Assembly (NCBI GenBank): GCA_041392955.1
Contig: JAWKLB010000004.1
Span: 45,297-109,296, forward strand
Direction: 5' to 3'
DNA length: 64,000 bases
Origin: Chitinophagales bacterium
GTDB lineage: Bacteria; Bacteroidota; Bacteroidia; Chitinophagales; BACL12
The notes below the pieces were generated by a model. The model was not told where the DNA came from, did no database searches, and saw nothing but the letters and a program-made list of their open reading frames with translations. The number at the start of each line of letters is the position of its first letter. Position 1 is the stretch's first letter. Positions 1-8,650 of the stretch are shown in pieces. The position numbers and the translations under genes were made by a program.

Positions 1-175
1 CGCTGGATTTGTCTACTGTAGGGCTACCCACCAGCACTTTGCCATCCGTGTCCTTAAGCAGCACTTCGCTGAACTCCAGTTTATCGCCTTCGTTGCCTTG
101 CTGGCGGTGGACAAAGATCTCTTGGTTTTCCTCCACCTTGAACTGTTGGCCGGCTATGTTTACTATCGCGTACAT
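1..175 (-). CDS. rplU: 50S ribosomal protein L21, N-terminal part (the gene runs off the left window edge)
   Basis: It is absent from the ORF track because it is truncated. Reverse-strand translation from the ATG at 175-173 reads [57 protein letters not shown], a canonical L21 N-terminus. The plus-strand ORF 9..245 is its antisense shadow. Confidence 0.85.
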   Translation of the reverse strand, partial: MYAIVNIAGQQFKVEENQEIFVHRQQGNEGDKLEFSEVLLKDTDGKVLVGSPTVDKSS

Positions 176-195
176 GATTTTCGAAAATGAAGATG

Positions 196-228
196 CAAAG
201 GTAACTATTTGGCGGATAATTAACAAAG
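196..228 (-). promoter_or_regulatory. Candidate Bacteroidota-type promoter for rplU
   Basis: On the minus strand, TAccTTTG (203->196) matches the TAnnTTTG -7 box about 20 nt upstream of the rplU ATG. A TTTG (227->224) lies 20 nt further upstream, like the -33 element. Confidence 0.4.
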
Positions 229-306
229 GGGTTGGAAAAAATTAATACAGAGGGTTAACGAGGCCACAAAGGCACTAGGACTCGAAGAAACCACAAGGAA
301 AAAGTT

Positions 307-364
307 ATGTACCGAAGGTGGGACTCGAACCTGCCTGACTGCGTCAGCAGGCAGGCCCACACGC
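307..364 (-). repeat. Partial duplicate of the tRNA-Leu 3' end, interrupted by a 26-nt GC-rich hairpin
   Basis: Positions 307-329 and 356-364 are together identical to 645-676 (32 nt). That span covers the T-arm, the acceptor 3' strand, the discriminator and 3 nt beyond the tRNA at 648..732. The 26 nt at 330-355 (cctgcctgactgcgtcagcaggcagg) form a CCTGCCTG/CAGGCAGG stem inserted between the T-stem and T-loop. Confidence 0.85.
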
Positions 365-634
365 CTATGAGCCCTTAGTTATTTTTTCTTCCATTTTTTT
401 GAGGAATCTTTTGCCTGCAGCACTTTTGAAATACTTTTCCCGAATTCTTGCTTGGGGCCTATCATTACAGTTTTCACTATATAAAAGAAAAAATGGCCTA
501 TAGGGCTTGGTGGTCCGTTCATAACCACCGTTGTGCCTTTCAAGACGAGCATTCAGATTAGAAGTCAATCCAACATAAATGTAATTCCTGCTTAAACTTG
601 AAATTGCATACACCACAAATCCCATCTCGATCAA
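365..634 (-). CDS. GIY-YIG nuclease family protein (89 aa, catalytic domain only)
   Basis: The ORF translation FVVYAISSLSRNYIYVGLTSNLNARLERHNGG...KPYRPFFLLYSE...AR.REKYFKS..GKRFLKK fits the small GIY-YIG (UPF0213/COG2827-like) pattern. The gene starts 13 nt downstream of tRNA-Leu on the same strand. Confidence 0.85.
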   Translation of the reverse strand: MIEMGFVVYAISSLSRNYIYVGLTSNLNARLERHNGGYERTTKPYRPFFLLYSENCNDRPQARIREKYFKSAAGKRFLKKMEEKITKGS

Positions 635-647
635 TCAGAAGTAAATG

Positions 648-732
648 TACCGAAGGTGGGACTCGAACCCACACGCTTGTTGAGAGCACCGGATTTTGAG
701 TCCGGCGTGTCTACCAATTCCACCACTTCGGC
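648..732 (-). tRNA. tRNA-Leu (anticodon CAA), type II with long variable arm
   Basis: Hand-folded: acceptor GCCGAAG/CTTCGGT, anticodon stem CCGGA/TCCGG with loop CTCAAAA, T-arm GTGGG-TTCGAGT-CCCAC, discriminator A. No CCA is encoded. Confidence 0.93.
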
Positions 733-746
733 GCAGAAAGGAAGCG

Positions 747-754
747 CAAAAGTA
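747..754 (-). promoter_or_regulatory. Candidate -7 promoter box for tRNA-Leu
   Basis: The minus strand reads TActTTTG (TAnnTTTG consensus) about 15 nt upstream of tRNA position 1. Confidence 0.35.
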
Positions 755-890
755 ACAGTCTATCCTCCAAGGAGCAAGCCCCACTTAAAATAAACTTTCA
801 ACCCTTCTGACACCTTATGACTCCTTGTGACCCCTTGGCGCCTTTGAGCCCTGGTGGCCTCGTACTACTTATTTCTGACGACATACAAAT

Positions 891-919
891 AAAAAAACGC
901 GCCCGTTGCCGGACGCGCT
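891..919 (-). terminator. Rho-independent terminator downstream of the outer-membrane protein gene
   Basis: The minus strand reads AGCGCGTCCG-GCAA-CGGGCGCG followed by T7, about 25 nt after the stop at 943. Confidence 0.7.
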
Positions 920-942
920 GTAAACCGCTAAGTATTGAATAA

Positions 943-2109
943 TTATTTGATATAGTCGTTCTCTGAACCGGGTGCGTGCTCATCCATTTTATGCCTGTAC
1001 AAGCGGAAGGTGTAGGTCAGAAATACCGTATAATCGGCAAAAGCTGCATCCCCATGTTTATACACATCATTGGAAGGATCTGCATCGGTGGCAAGCAAAT
1101 CCGTCCAGTTCTCATCTGCCACACTTCTGGTCCTGTTCCGGTAAACGGCTATCGGCACATTCAAAGTGAACTGGTGCGGCCCGTTCTGGTAGGTCAGACC
1201 CGGATCCACATTTATGATATATCCCGGACGGCGGAAACCATCGGTCTCACCGATCAGATCATGCACCGGAATTCCCTCATAGCGCACACCTGCACTGATA
1301 CCCAATCCTTTCACGAAGGAAGGGAAGTATGATATTCCACCGCGCACCAAAAATTGATCCGGCACGGACATATGTTGCTCGAAAGGATTGCTGCGATAGG
1401 TAGCTGCATCAGTCGTATCCTTCGGATTGAATAAATAGAATAAGGTATAATATCCATACAAGGTATTGCTCACAAATTCCATGAAACCCTGCGATTCTAC
1501 ACTGAAACCAAACCCGCCATCACCCAATTGAATGGATTGATCCACTTCGCGGTACACATCCGTGTAATCTTCACCTTTATATTGGAAGGTGTCCATCGCA
1601 TTATATTTTCCGGTAGGCAATTTTATACCCAATCCGAGTGAGAAATTACCTTTATCATGTTCGTAGGTGTCGAGCATCCATCTGTTCAACGTAAAACGAA
1701 CATCTCCCAACCCGAAGGATCCGGTTTCTATCCTCACTTTCGTAGAGTCTGTATTACTTGCTAATTGCGATCGCGTATTATCTATGATCGGAACATCTGC
1801 TGAGATATTCCATTGCTTATTCAAACCATACGTATACACCAGATCGAATGCATGTACATGATTGATCACATTGGTCTCTTCCTCCACGCGTTCGAATTGC
1901 TCCACATCGCCAACGAAATGTTTGTATGATTTGAAATAGCGATAATTCAAACTGAAGTCCATATCGCCCTTATCTAATAGTGCAGATCCCTGAACAGCCA
2001 TGTTCCCGGCCACTGAACGGATCCCTACGCAACCCTGTCCGAATAACGGGCTGCCGGAAATTGCACATACTATGGTACATACAATAATAGTGTGGTAAAA
2101 TCTTTTCAT
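943..2109 (-). CDS. Putative outer-membrane beta-barrel protein with signal peptide
   Basis: 388-aa ORF with an N-terminal signal-like segment MKRFYHTIIVCTIVCAISGSPLFGQ. It shows alternating aromatic/hydrophilic beta-strand patterns throughout. I did not recognise a family confidently. Confidence 0.6.
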   Translation of the reverse strand: MKRFYHTIIVCTIVCAISGSPLFGQGCVGIRSVAGNMAVQGSALLDKGDMDFSLNYRYFKSYKHFVGDVEQFERVEEETNVINHVHAFDLVYTYGLNKQWNISADVPIIDNTRSQLASNTDSTKVRIETGSFGLGDVRFTLNRWMLDTYEHDKGNFSLGLGIKLPTGKYNAMDTFQYKGEDYTDVYREVDQSIQLGDGGFGFSVESQGFMEFVSNTLYGYYTLFYLFNPKDTTDAATYRSNPFEQHMSVPDQFLVRGGISYFPSFVKGLGISAGVRYEGIPVHDLIGETDGFRRPGYIINVDPGLTYQNGPHQFTLNVPIAVYRNRTRSVADENWTDLLATDADPSNDVYKHGDAAFADYTVFLTYTFRLYRHKMDEHAPGSENDYIK

Positions 2110-2199
2110 TTGCCTGCTTTTAGCCCGACAAATGTAGACTTAGCATTTACCGATACAGTTAATGTAGTTCAAAACTTTGTTAATGCAATGTAAATATGT

Positions 2200-2712
2200 T
2201 CAGGCGAACTTTTCCATCTGGCCGCGAATGCGTTGAAGATATTTGCGTTTGTAGTAGAATTCCTTGATGGCAGTGAGATCTTCTTCCGATGCATGCATAA
2301 TATCGACCTCTTGGAGAAAAGGTATCATTGCCTCTGTGATGTCTGTTTCTGCTTTGCGCAGCTGTTCTTCTACCTCTTCTTTTTTTTCGGGATCGAAGGC
2401 CAGTTCTTCCACCATCATATGGAGGTCCATCATTTCCATGAGGAAAACTTGCGGCAGACTGTATTTCTCCTCTTCCACCAGATGACCTGTTTCCTTTAAG
2501 ATATATTGCAGTCGCTTATCCGGATCGCGCAGCGTATGGTATGCCTTGTTATTCAGCGTAGAAAGTGCGAGTATCTCGGCTTGCTTTTCAGGAGATGCAT
2601 GTGTGTAAAAATCGGGATGGTATTGTTTGCTCAACTGCAGATACTTCTGCTTGATCATATCCACATCGGGCATGCATTGCACCGGTATCCCAAACCATTC
2701 AAAATATTTCAT
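2200..2712 (-). CDS. hscB: Fe-S cluster assembly co-chaperone HscB-like J-domain protein
   Basis: J-domain with an HPD motif (KQKYLQLSKQYHPDFY...LNNKAYHTLRDPDKRLQYIL) and a helical C-terminal half. Size is 170 aa. Confidence 0.7.
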   Translation of the reverse strand: MKYFEWFGIPVQCMPDVDMIKQKYLQLSKQYHPDFYTHASPEKQAEILALSTLNNKAYHTLRDPDKRLQYILKETGHLVEEEKYSLPQVFLMEMMDLHMMVEELAFDPEKKEEVEEQLRKAETDITEAMIPFLQEVDIMHASEEDLTAIKEFYYKRKYLQRIRGQMEKFA

Positions 2713-3569
2713 TTACCTGCGTTGGCCTGCAGACTATTTTCAATTCTGCCGGTTAAAAAATTCGCGATCAGGGGAAAATTCAAACCTATGATATCATCGA
2801 TATCTGTTTCACCGCTGGAAAATTTTACGGTAACAGCTTCTCCTGCCAGCTGATTTCCTTCTGCATCATATAAAGAATAATGTACGATCACTTTGCGTTC
2901 AAAATAATTGGCGGTGCGGTCCAGACAATGGTTGTAATTCGTCACCAATTCGAACTGATTAATGAACAGAAACATGTCTGTTCCATATGCAGCTTTCAGG
3001 TTTGCAAATATCTCCGGATGTGTAACCACGGCATTCAGATACCTGGTATTCTCCGATGTCACCACATCATCTTCTTCTTCAGCTTCGTCTTCCTTTTTGA
3101 ATAATTTGTTTTTCTTATCCTTTTCCATATCCGGTGCAGCACCACCATTGCCGAACAGATCCGGTTCGTTGATGGCATGATCTGCATCCGCATCTTTAGC
3201 ACCCGGAGTCAGGGGTTTTTGCATCTCATAATGTATGGACGAATAGATCATGAACAGATCGCGATCGGATTGCACAGTTGTATCTGTCAGAATATTATAT
3301 GCATCATATGCAGAAACCACACGCGCGCTCACATTATAACTCAAACCGTAGCGGAACATATTGGAAATAGCGGCAGCATCCCTGTCGTTCGCCATCGCCA
3401 ATTCCTGATCAGCGTCAGAAAAATAATTGTAGTTGTTGAAAGGGATGATCATCACCCGGTGTTTTCCGGGTTCATCCTGTATCAGCGCGCCGCTGTTCTC
3501 TGTTTGTGCAGAGAGCGTGGTAATAAAAACACAAAGGAACAACAGGCTGCCTGTGGTCTTATGTATCAT
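2709..3569 (-). CDS. Hypothetical secreted protein
   Basis: 286-aa ORF with signal peptide (LLFLCVFITTLSAQT) and an acidic central linker. Four-nt start/stop overlaps with both neighbours suggest an operon with rseP and hscB. Confidence 0.55.
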   Translation of the reverse strand: MIHKTTGSLLFLCVFITTLSAQTENSGALIQDEPGKHRVMIIPFNNYNYFSDADQELAMANDRDAAAISNMFRYGLSYNVSARVVSAYDAYNILTDTTVQSDRDLFMIYSSIHYEMQKPLTPGAKDADADHAINEPDLFGNGGAAPDMEKDKKNKLFKKEDEAEEEDDVVTSENTRYLNAVVTHPEIFANLKAAYGTDMFLFINQFELVTNYNHCLDRTANYFERKVIVHYSLYDAEGNQLAGEAVTVKFSSGETDIDDIIGLNFPLIANFLTGRIENSLQANAGK

Positions 3570-4887
3570 TTAAAAATGAGTTTGAGAATGTCATTACCAA
3601 AAGCGAACAACATCAATCCCATCAACAACACCATGCCCACCACTTGTGCTCTTTCCATGAACTTATCACTCAATTTTCTGCGCGTAACACTTTCTATTCC
3701 GATGAACAGGATATGCCCGCCATCCAATGCCGGTATCGGCAATAAATTCATAAATGCAAGCACCATACTCAACAATGCGGTCATGATCCAGAAAGACGCC
3801 CAATCCCATTTTCGCTGAACAATTTTGCAATACCTATAGGACTGCTGATAGAATCGCGTGCAGGAATGTCGCCGCGTATGATGCGCCACACACTTACCGC
3901 CTGGAAATAAAATACTTCAAAGGCATCTCTGGTGCCATAGGATAATGATTTACCAAAGGTATAGGGAAGGGTATCATATGCGTACAGCTTTACATTCATT
4001 TCAAATCCCAACTGACCGTTCTTGTTCACATGGGCAGATAATGTATCCACTCCCGAAGTTCTTTTCACGCCGATGCGCACATCTGTATCTTTGCTGTTGC
4101 GGAACAAATCCATCATCTGAGAAACACAGATCAGATCTGCACCATTGATGGACACAATTGTATCGCCTTTCATCATGCCGGCATCTTTCGCATTATGCAC
4201 CGTATCTGATAATGCATTTACGATCACTATACTTTTCACATCAATGAGACTCTGCCCGCGCATTTTATCGCGAAAGGCACTGTCGGGTACATTGATCGTT
4301 TGCATGCTCCCATTGCGGTCGACAACCACATCGGAACCAAAGTATAAGCGGGCAGATTCAAAATCTTCATAGCGCTCAAAAGACTTTCCGTTGATGCTCA
4401 CCAGTTTATCGCCGGTTTGAAATCCGTATTTCATGCCGGCTTCGGTCGCATATATTCCACCGTCATTATTTACCGACGACACCGGTAAATAATCACCTGT
4501 AAACCGATGCAATATGATGATATATAAAATAACGCCCAGGATCACATTCATCACGATCCCGGCTATCATGACAATGAATTTTTGCCAGTTGGGTTTGGCG
4601 CGCAATTCCCAGGGTTGGGGTTCGCTTTTCATCTGCTCTTTGTCGAGGCTCTCATCTATCATCCCGGCTATCTTCACATAACCACCCAAAGGCAGCCATC
4701 CGATTCCGTATTCGGTGTCACCTCTTTTGAAAGACCATATCTTCTTACCCCAAGCATCAAAAAAGATGTAAAATTTCTCCACTTTGACGCCAAACATCCT
4801 CGCGGCAAGAAAATGCCCCAGTTCGTGAATGAACACCAATATCGTAAGCGCAAGGATCAACTGCGCCGCTTGTATCAACGGACTCAT
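3566..4887 (-). pseudogene. rseP: RIP zinc metalloprotease RseP (site-2 protease), split by one frameshift
   Basis: ORF 3781..4887 carries the HELGHF motif and PDZ-like middle. ORF 3566..3889 carries LAFMNLLPIPALDGGH. The two frames join as ...SSPIGIAK|IVQRKWDWASFW... if the coding-strand A4 run (plus-strand T4 at 3823-3826) is read as A5. Confidence 0.85.
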
Positions 4888-4945
4888 ATATGTTGCGAAA
4901 TTCGGTAATTAAATAGTCTGGATATATGTAAACGGGGAAACTTTG

Positions 4946-6448
4946 TCAACACGGTGTCCAATCTTTTAGTTCATCGGCTATACTGCGGTCGTTCGCCAGG
5001 CGTGCCACCTTGTTCTGTCCGCCCAGTTTGCCTTTAGAACGCATGTACTCCCTGAATCCGTCTTTTCGGACGCAGGTTATTTTGAGTGGCCGCAGTATAT
5101 TACCGGAGACGAGATCGCGGTAGTACATATTTTTCTCCTGCAGATATTTGTCCACTTCCAGGGCCAGCAGCTCAAGTTGCTCGGGCCTTTTGCCAAATTC
5201 AATGAACCATTCGTGGTAGGGCAATCCGCCCTCGGGAGGGTTCACCTGCGGGGCGACGGTGAATTCGATCACATCTGCCGAAATATGCTCCAACGCTTTG
5301 TTGAGGGCATATTCCACCTCCTCGCCGATCACATGTTCACCAAATGCAGAAATAAAATGTTTGATGCGCCCGGTCACGATGATGCGATAGGGATCTTTGC
5401 TGACGAATTTCACAGTATCGCCAATATGATATCCCCACAGCCCCGCATTATTATTTATCACGATGGCATAGTTCGTATCGAGTTCCACATCGCGCAGCGA
5501 CAATCTGGGCGGATCCGCATCATGCACATGTTGCAGAGGAATGAATTCAAAATAAATACCGCTGTTGACATTGAGCAATAATCCGGGTGCATGCTGACTA
5601 TCCTGATATGCAATGAATCCCTCGCTGGCGGGATATGTTTCGATGGAATCGATACGCTTACCAACGATCTCCTCTATTTTGTTCCGGTACGGTTCATAGT
5701 TCACACCACCATATACGAACAAAGAAAAATCCGGAAAAATATCTTTGATATGTTGCTTGCCGGTGTACTCCAGCAATTTTTCATAATACATGAGCACCCA
5801 GGGCGGGATACCGGAAATGAGCGACATATTTTTATTCGCGGTTTCGCGCACTATGGCCTCCACTTTTTCTTCCCAGTCCTCTATACAATTTACTTCATAA
5901 GATGGCATTCTGTTGCGCATGAGATAATTCGGCACAAAATGATAAACGATACCCGAAAGTCTTCCTGTTTGGATACCATTTGTATCGGTAAGCACCGGTG
6001 ATCCCTGCAGGAAGATCATCTTGCCATTGACAAATGCTGTTTTTTTCGTTTCATGGATATACAACAGCAATGCGTTGCGTGCAGATTGAATATGGTTGGG
6101 TATAGAATCTTTAGTGAGCGGAATATATTTTGTGCCACTGGTGGTTCCGGATGTTTTAGCAAAGTAGAGTGGTTTCCCCGGCCATAAAATATCCGGCTCA
6201 CCTGATTTGACCCTATCGACATAGGGGCGCAAACCCTCATAGTCGCGCAGTGGAACCTGCCGGGAAAAATCTGCAAAATTGCGTATGGAAGAAAATCCGT
6301 GGTCCATACCGAAGGCAGTTTCTTTTGCCTTATGTATCAGCATATCGAACACGCGCTGTTGCGCCGCATGCGGATCAGATACGGAAGCCTTTACCTGTGC
6401 AGCAACACGGGCAGCAAATGGCCTGGCCAACATGGATTTTATTCCCAC
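4946..6448 (-). CDS. GH3 auxin-responsive promoter family (acyl-adenylate-forming) protein
   Basis: 500-aa ORF. The N-terminus ...HAAQQRVFDMLIHKAKETAFGMDHGF... and the overall length and layout match the bacterial GH3-family proteins common in Bacteroidota. Confidence 0.75.
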   Translation of the reverse strand: MGIKSMLARPFAARVAAQVKASVSDPHAAQQRVFDMLIHKAKETAFGMDHGFSSIRNFADFSRQVPLRDYEGLRPYVDRVKSGEPDILWPGKPLYFAKTSGTTSGTKYIPLTKDSIPNHIQSARNALLLYIHETKKTAFVNGKMIFLQGSPVLTDTNGIQTGRLSGIVYHFVPNYLMRNRMPSYEVNCIEDWEEKVEAIVRETANKNMSLISGIPPWVLMYYEKLLEYTGKQHIKDIFPDFSLFVYGGVNYEPYRNKIEEIVGKRIDSIETYPASEGFIAYQDSQHAPGLLLNVNSGIYFEFIPLQHVHDADPPRLSLRDVELDTNYAIVINNNAGLWGYHIGDTVKFVSKDPYRIIVTGRIKHFISAFGEHVIGEEVEYALNKALEHISADVIEFTVAPQVNPPEGGLPYHEWFIEFGKRPEQLELLALEVDKYLQEKNMYYRDLVSGNILRPLKITCVRKDGFREYMRSKGKLGGQNKVARLANDRSIADELKDWTPC

Positions 6449-6485
6449 GCGGCAAAGATAACGGGAGTAGTTGAGATACTGCCTG

Positions 6486-6941
6486 CTACAATTCTTCTAC
6501 ATCCCAATTTTCGCGGTGCTTTTCAAAATTCGCATCCATGCTCCAGGGACCGGAGCCATACACAAAAAAGAATGCGAGCAACACCAAAACGATAATGGAA
6601 AGTAAGAACTCGGGATCCGGTGTGAGCAAGCCGTGTTTTGCATGCACAAAAATGATGGCGCCTAGCAAAACAGGAATTTGCGCAAGCACTGCGATCCGTG
6701 TGACCAGTCCGAGTATGATCAGTATACCACCGATCAGGTGCGCAAAGGCCACATAATGTATCACCACATAATTGTACAGATGGAATTTATTATCCAGCAA
6801 CAACTGATTGAGTGCATCTGTATTGCTGATATAATAATATCCCTTCCATACAAGGATAAGGCCTAAAGCGATACGCATGATATCCAGCCATTTGGGATGA
6901 TGTGTGTCGCCATAGGTTTGCAATTTCTTAACGAGTTGCAT
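6486..6941 (-). CDS. DoxX family membrane protein
   Basis: 151 aa with four hydrophobic helices. The motif pattern ...RIALGLILVWKG...GGILIILGLVTRIAVL...GSGPWSMD is typical of DoxX. Confidence 0.65.
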   Translation of the reverse strand: MQLVKKLQTYGDTHHPKWLDIMRIALGLILVWKGYYYISNTDALNQLLLDNKFHLYNYVVIHYVAFAHLIGGILIILGLVTRIAVLAQIPVLLGAIIFVHAKHGLLTPDPEFLLSIIVLVLLAFFFVYGSGPWSMDANFEKHRENWDVEEL

Positions 6942-7042
6942 AAACCCTCCTCTTTAGGCTCATAAGTTAACCCTATTTTTTGCTTTCGACAAGGATTTTC
7001 GCACGCTTGTGCAAAACAATTGTAAAAGCTGCATCCTGACAA

Positions 7043-7552
7043 TTGTACTTTCGTGCTTTCGTGGAGGATGTTCAGACCATATTTTACCATTCACCAATAG
7101 GCACCTTGCAGATACAGGGTGATGCCGAAGCCATTTATTCCGTGCTTTTCGACCCAGCCGAAAAAGAAGTTGAAAGCGCCGGTGCCGCAGGTGAAGTGCT
7201 GCGTTGCCGTGAGCAGCTCGATGCATATTTTCATGGCAGTCTGCGCAGCTTCGACCTGAACCTGCAGCCACAGGGTACTTTTTTTCAGGCGGGGGTATGG
7301 GAAAAACTCCATCGCATTCCCTTTGGTGAAACCACAACATATCTGGAACTGAGCAAATGGACCGGCGATGTGCGCAATGTGCGGGCAGTAGGTTCGGCGA
7401 ACGGCAAGAATCCCATTGCCATCATCATCCCCTGCCACCGTGTGATCGGTTCGGACAATAAACTGGTGGGTTACGCAGGCGGGATTTGGAGGAAGAAATG
7501 GCTGCTGGAACACGAGGCCAGGTTCGGACACGGAGTGCAGACCCTCTTTTGA
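7043..7552 (+). CDS. ogt: Methylated-DNA--protein-cysteine methyltransferase
   Basis: Active-site motif IIPCHRVIGSDNKLVGYAGG and a C-terminal helix. The start is uncertain: TTG at 7043 per the ORF track, or an in-frame GTG at 7061. Confidence 0.85.
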   Translation: MYFRAFVEDVQTIFYHSPIGTLQIQGDAEAIYSVLFDPAEKEVESAGAAGEVLRCREQLDAYFHGSLRSFDLNLQPQGTFFQAGVWEKLHRIPFGETTTYLELSKWTGDVRNVRAVGSANGKNPIAIIIPCHRVIGSDNKLVGYAGGIWRKKWLLEHEARFGHGVQTLF

Positions 7553-7662
7553 CCGGAAACTGACCGGCAAAGGGATGGAGGTCCTTGGATTTCTTATTTA
7601 TTCACTTATATTTATACCCTCTTACCCTTTTCCGCCTGGGGGTAAGTGTAAAAAATGTAAAC

Positions 7663-8028
7663 ATGAAGCGACTTTTTACCATTGTTTTCATTCTCACTGC
7701 TATTTCCGCGCATGCACAAAGCGTAACGGGAAACCACACAAAACACCCTGCATTGATGAAAGGAAGGTTAGATACCGACCAATCCCTGACCATCAGTCCG
7801 AATCCGCTTCCCAAAGGCGACGCCATTCTCACCGTGCACTCTGAAAATATTGAAGTTTATGGCTTCCGGGTGTTAACAACACTCGGCGAGATCGTAGAGC
7901 TGGAAAATCTCAGCGGAAAACCTAATGGTTCCATCATTGACCTGCATGGAGCGGTAGATTGCGGTCAATATATCATCATCTTCGAGACCGATTCTGGTAA
8001 TATTACCCGGCGTTTCATGGTCCTCTGA
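7663..8028 (+). CDS. Small secreted protein with a T9SS-type C-terminal sorting domain
   Basis: The internal ATG at 7663 gives MKRLFTIVFILTAISAHAQS (signal peptide). The C-terminal about 80 aa (LTISPNPLPKGDAILTV...YIIIFETDSGNITRRFMVL) resemble Por/T9SS sorting domains. Confidence 0.6.
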   Translation: MKRLFTIVFILTAISAHAQSVTGNHTKHPALMKGRLDTDQSLTISPNPLPKGDAILTVHSENIEVYGFRVLTTLGEIVELENLSGKPNGSIIDLHGAVDCGQYIIIFETDSGNITRRFMVL

Positions 8029-8080
8029 GCTTAGCTGTTGATAACAAGCAGGCACGATCATTGTCCTTTTCGGGCATACC

Positions 8081-8650
8081 ATGTATTTTTCGTATATGAT
8101 GGAACGGAAGATCAGCATTTTCATGCTCCTTACGGTGTTGCTGGCGGGGTTCGAACTCCCTGTACATGCGCAGTCTGCAGGCACGGAAGTGGGAATAGCC
8201 AGTTACTATCACAACAAGTTTGTGGGCCGTAAAACCGCAAGTGGTGAAATATTCGTTCAGGATAGGCTCACCGCGGCACATAAGACCCTGCCCCTCGGAA
8301 CCTGGGTGCGGGTCACCAACCTGTCCAATGATTCAGTGGTCATTGTCAAGATCAACGACCGCATGCCCAAATGGAACAAGCGATCCATTGACCTCACCTA
8401 TCTGGCCGCCACCAAGCTGGGATATATTTACCAGGGCCTGGCCAAAGTGCGGATAGAGGTCGTTCCGGCCCCTGAGGAGGCAGCTCCGAGGCCCGATGAC
8501 CTGCCGGTAGATGCCCTGGCATTTGTGAAATACGACAGGTTACCGGGCACACATCGGCAAATGGACCCTGCTTCCATGCGGGACCTCACGGCTGAAGAGT
8601 TGATTCTTTGTGCACCCCCGGTATATTCAGGCAAAAAAAAGAAAAAGTGA
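8081..8650 (+). CDS. rlpA: Septal ring lytic transglycosylase RlpA family (DPBB domain) protein
   Basis: GIASYYHNKFVGRKTASGEIF..DRLTAAHKTLPLGTWVRVTNLSNDSVVIVKINDRMP is the RlpA double-psi beta-barrel signature. A signal peptide is present. Confidence 0.8.
   Translation: MYFSYMMERKISIFMLLTVLLAGFELPVHAQSAGTEVGIASYYHNKFVGRKTASGEIFVQDRLTAAHKTLPLGTWVRVTNLSNDSVVIVKINDRMPKWNKRSIDLTYLAATKLGYIYQGLAKVRIEVVPAPEEAAPRPDDLPVDALAFVKYDRLPGTHRQMDPASMRDLTAEELILCAPPVYSGKKKKK

Noticed and set aside
9-245. Plus-strand 78-aa ORF at the left edge
   Set aside because: It is Ser/Leu-rich and antisense to the clear L21 N-terminus encoded on the minus strand.
648-732. Group I intron with a GIY-YIG homing endonuclease inside tRNA-Leu, as in cyanobacterial tRNA-Leu(UAA)
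   Set aside because: The tRNA folds as a continuous 85-nt molecule with an uninterrupted anticodon loop (CAA). The GIY-YIG ORF lies downstream of the tRNA, not within it, and no intron-like conserved P/Q/R/S elements were evident.
3781-3889. Programmed ribosomal frameshifting as an explanation for the rseP and exbB splits
   Set aside because: The required shift corresponds to a missing base in a short A run, with no slippery heptamer plus downstream structure. These gene families are not known to use recoding. A mutation or homopolymer miscall is the simpler explanation.
6960-7570. Minus-strand ORFs 6960..7340 and 7091..7570
   Set aside because: They are antisense to ogt, which carries the diagnostic PCHRV active site on the plus strand.
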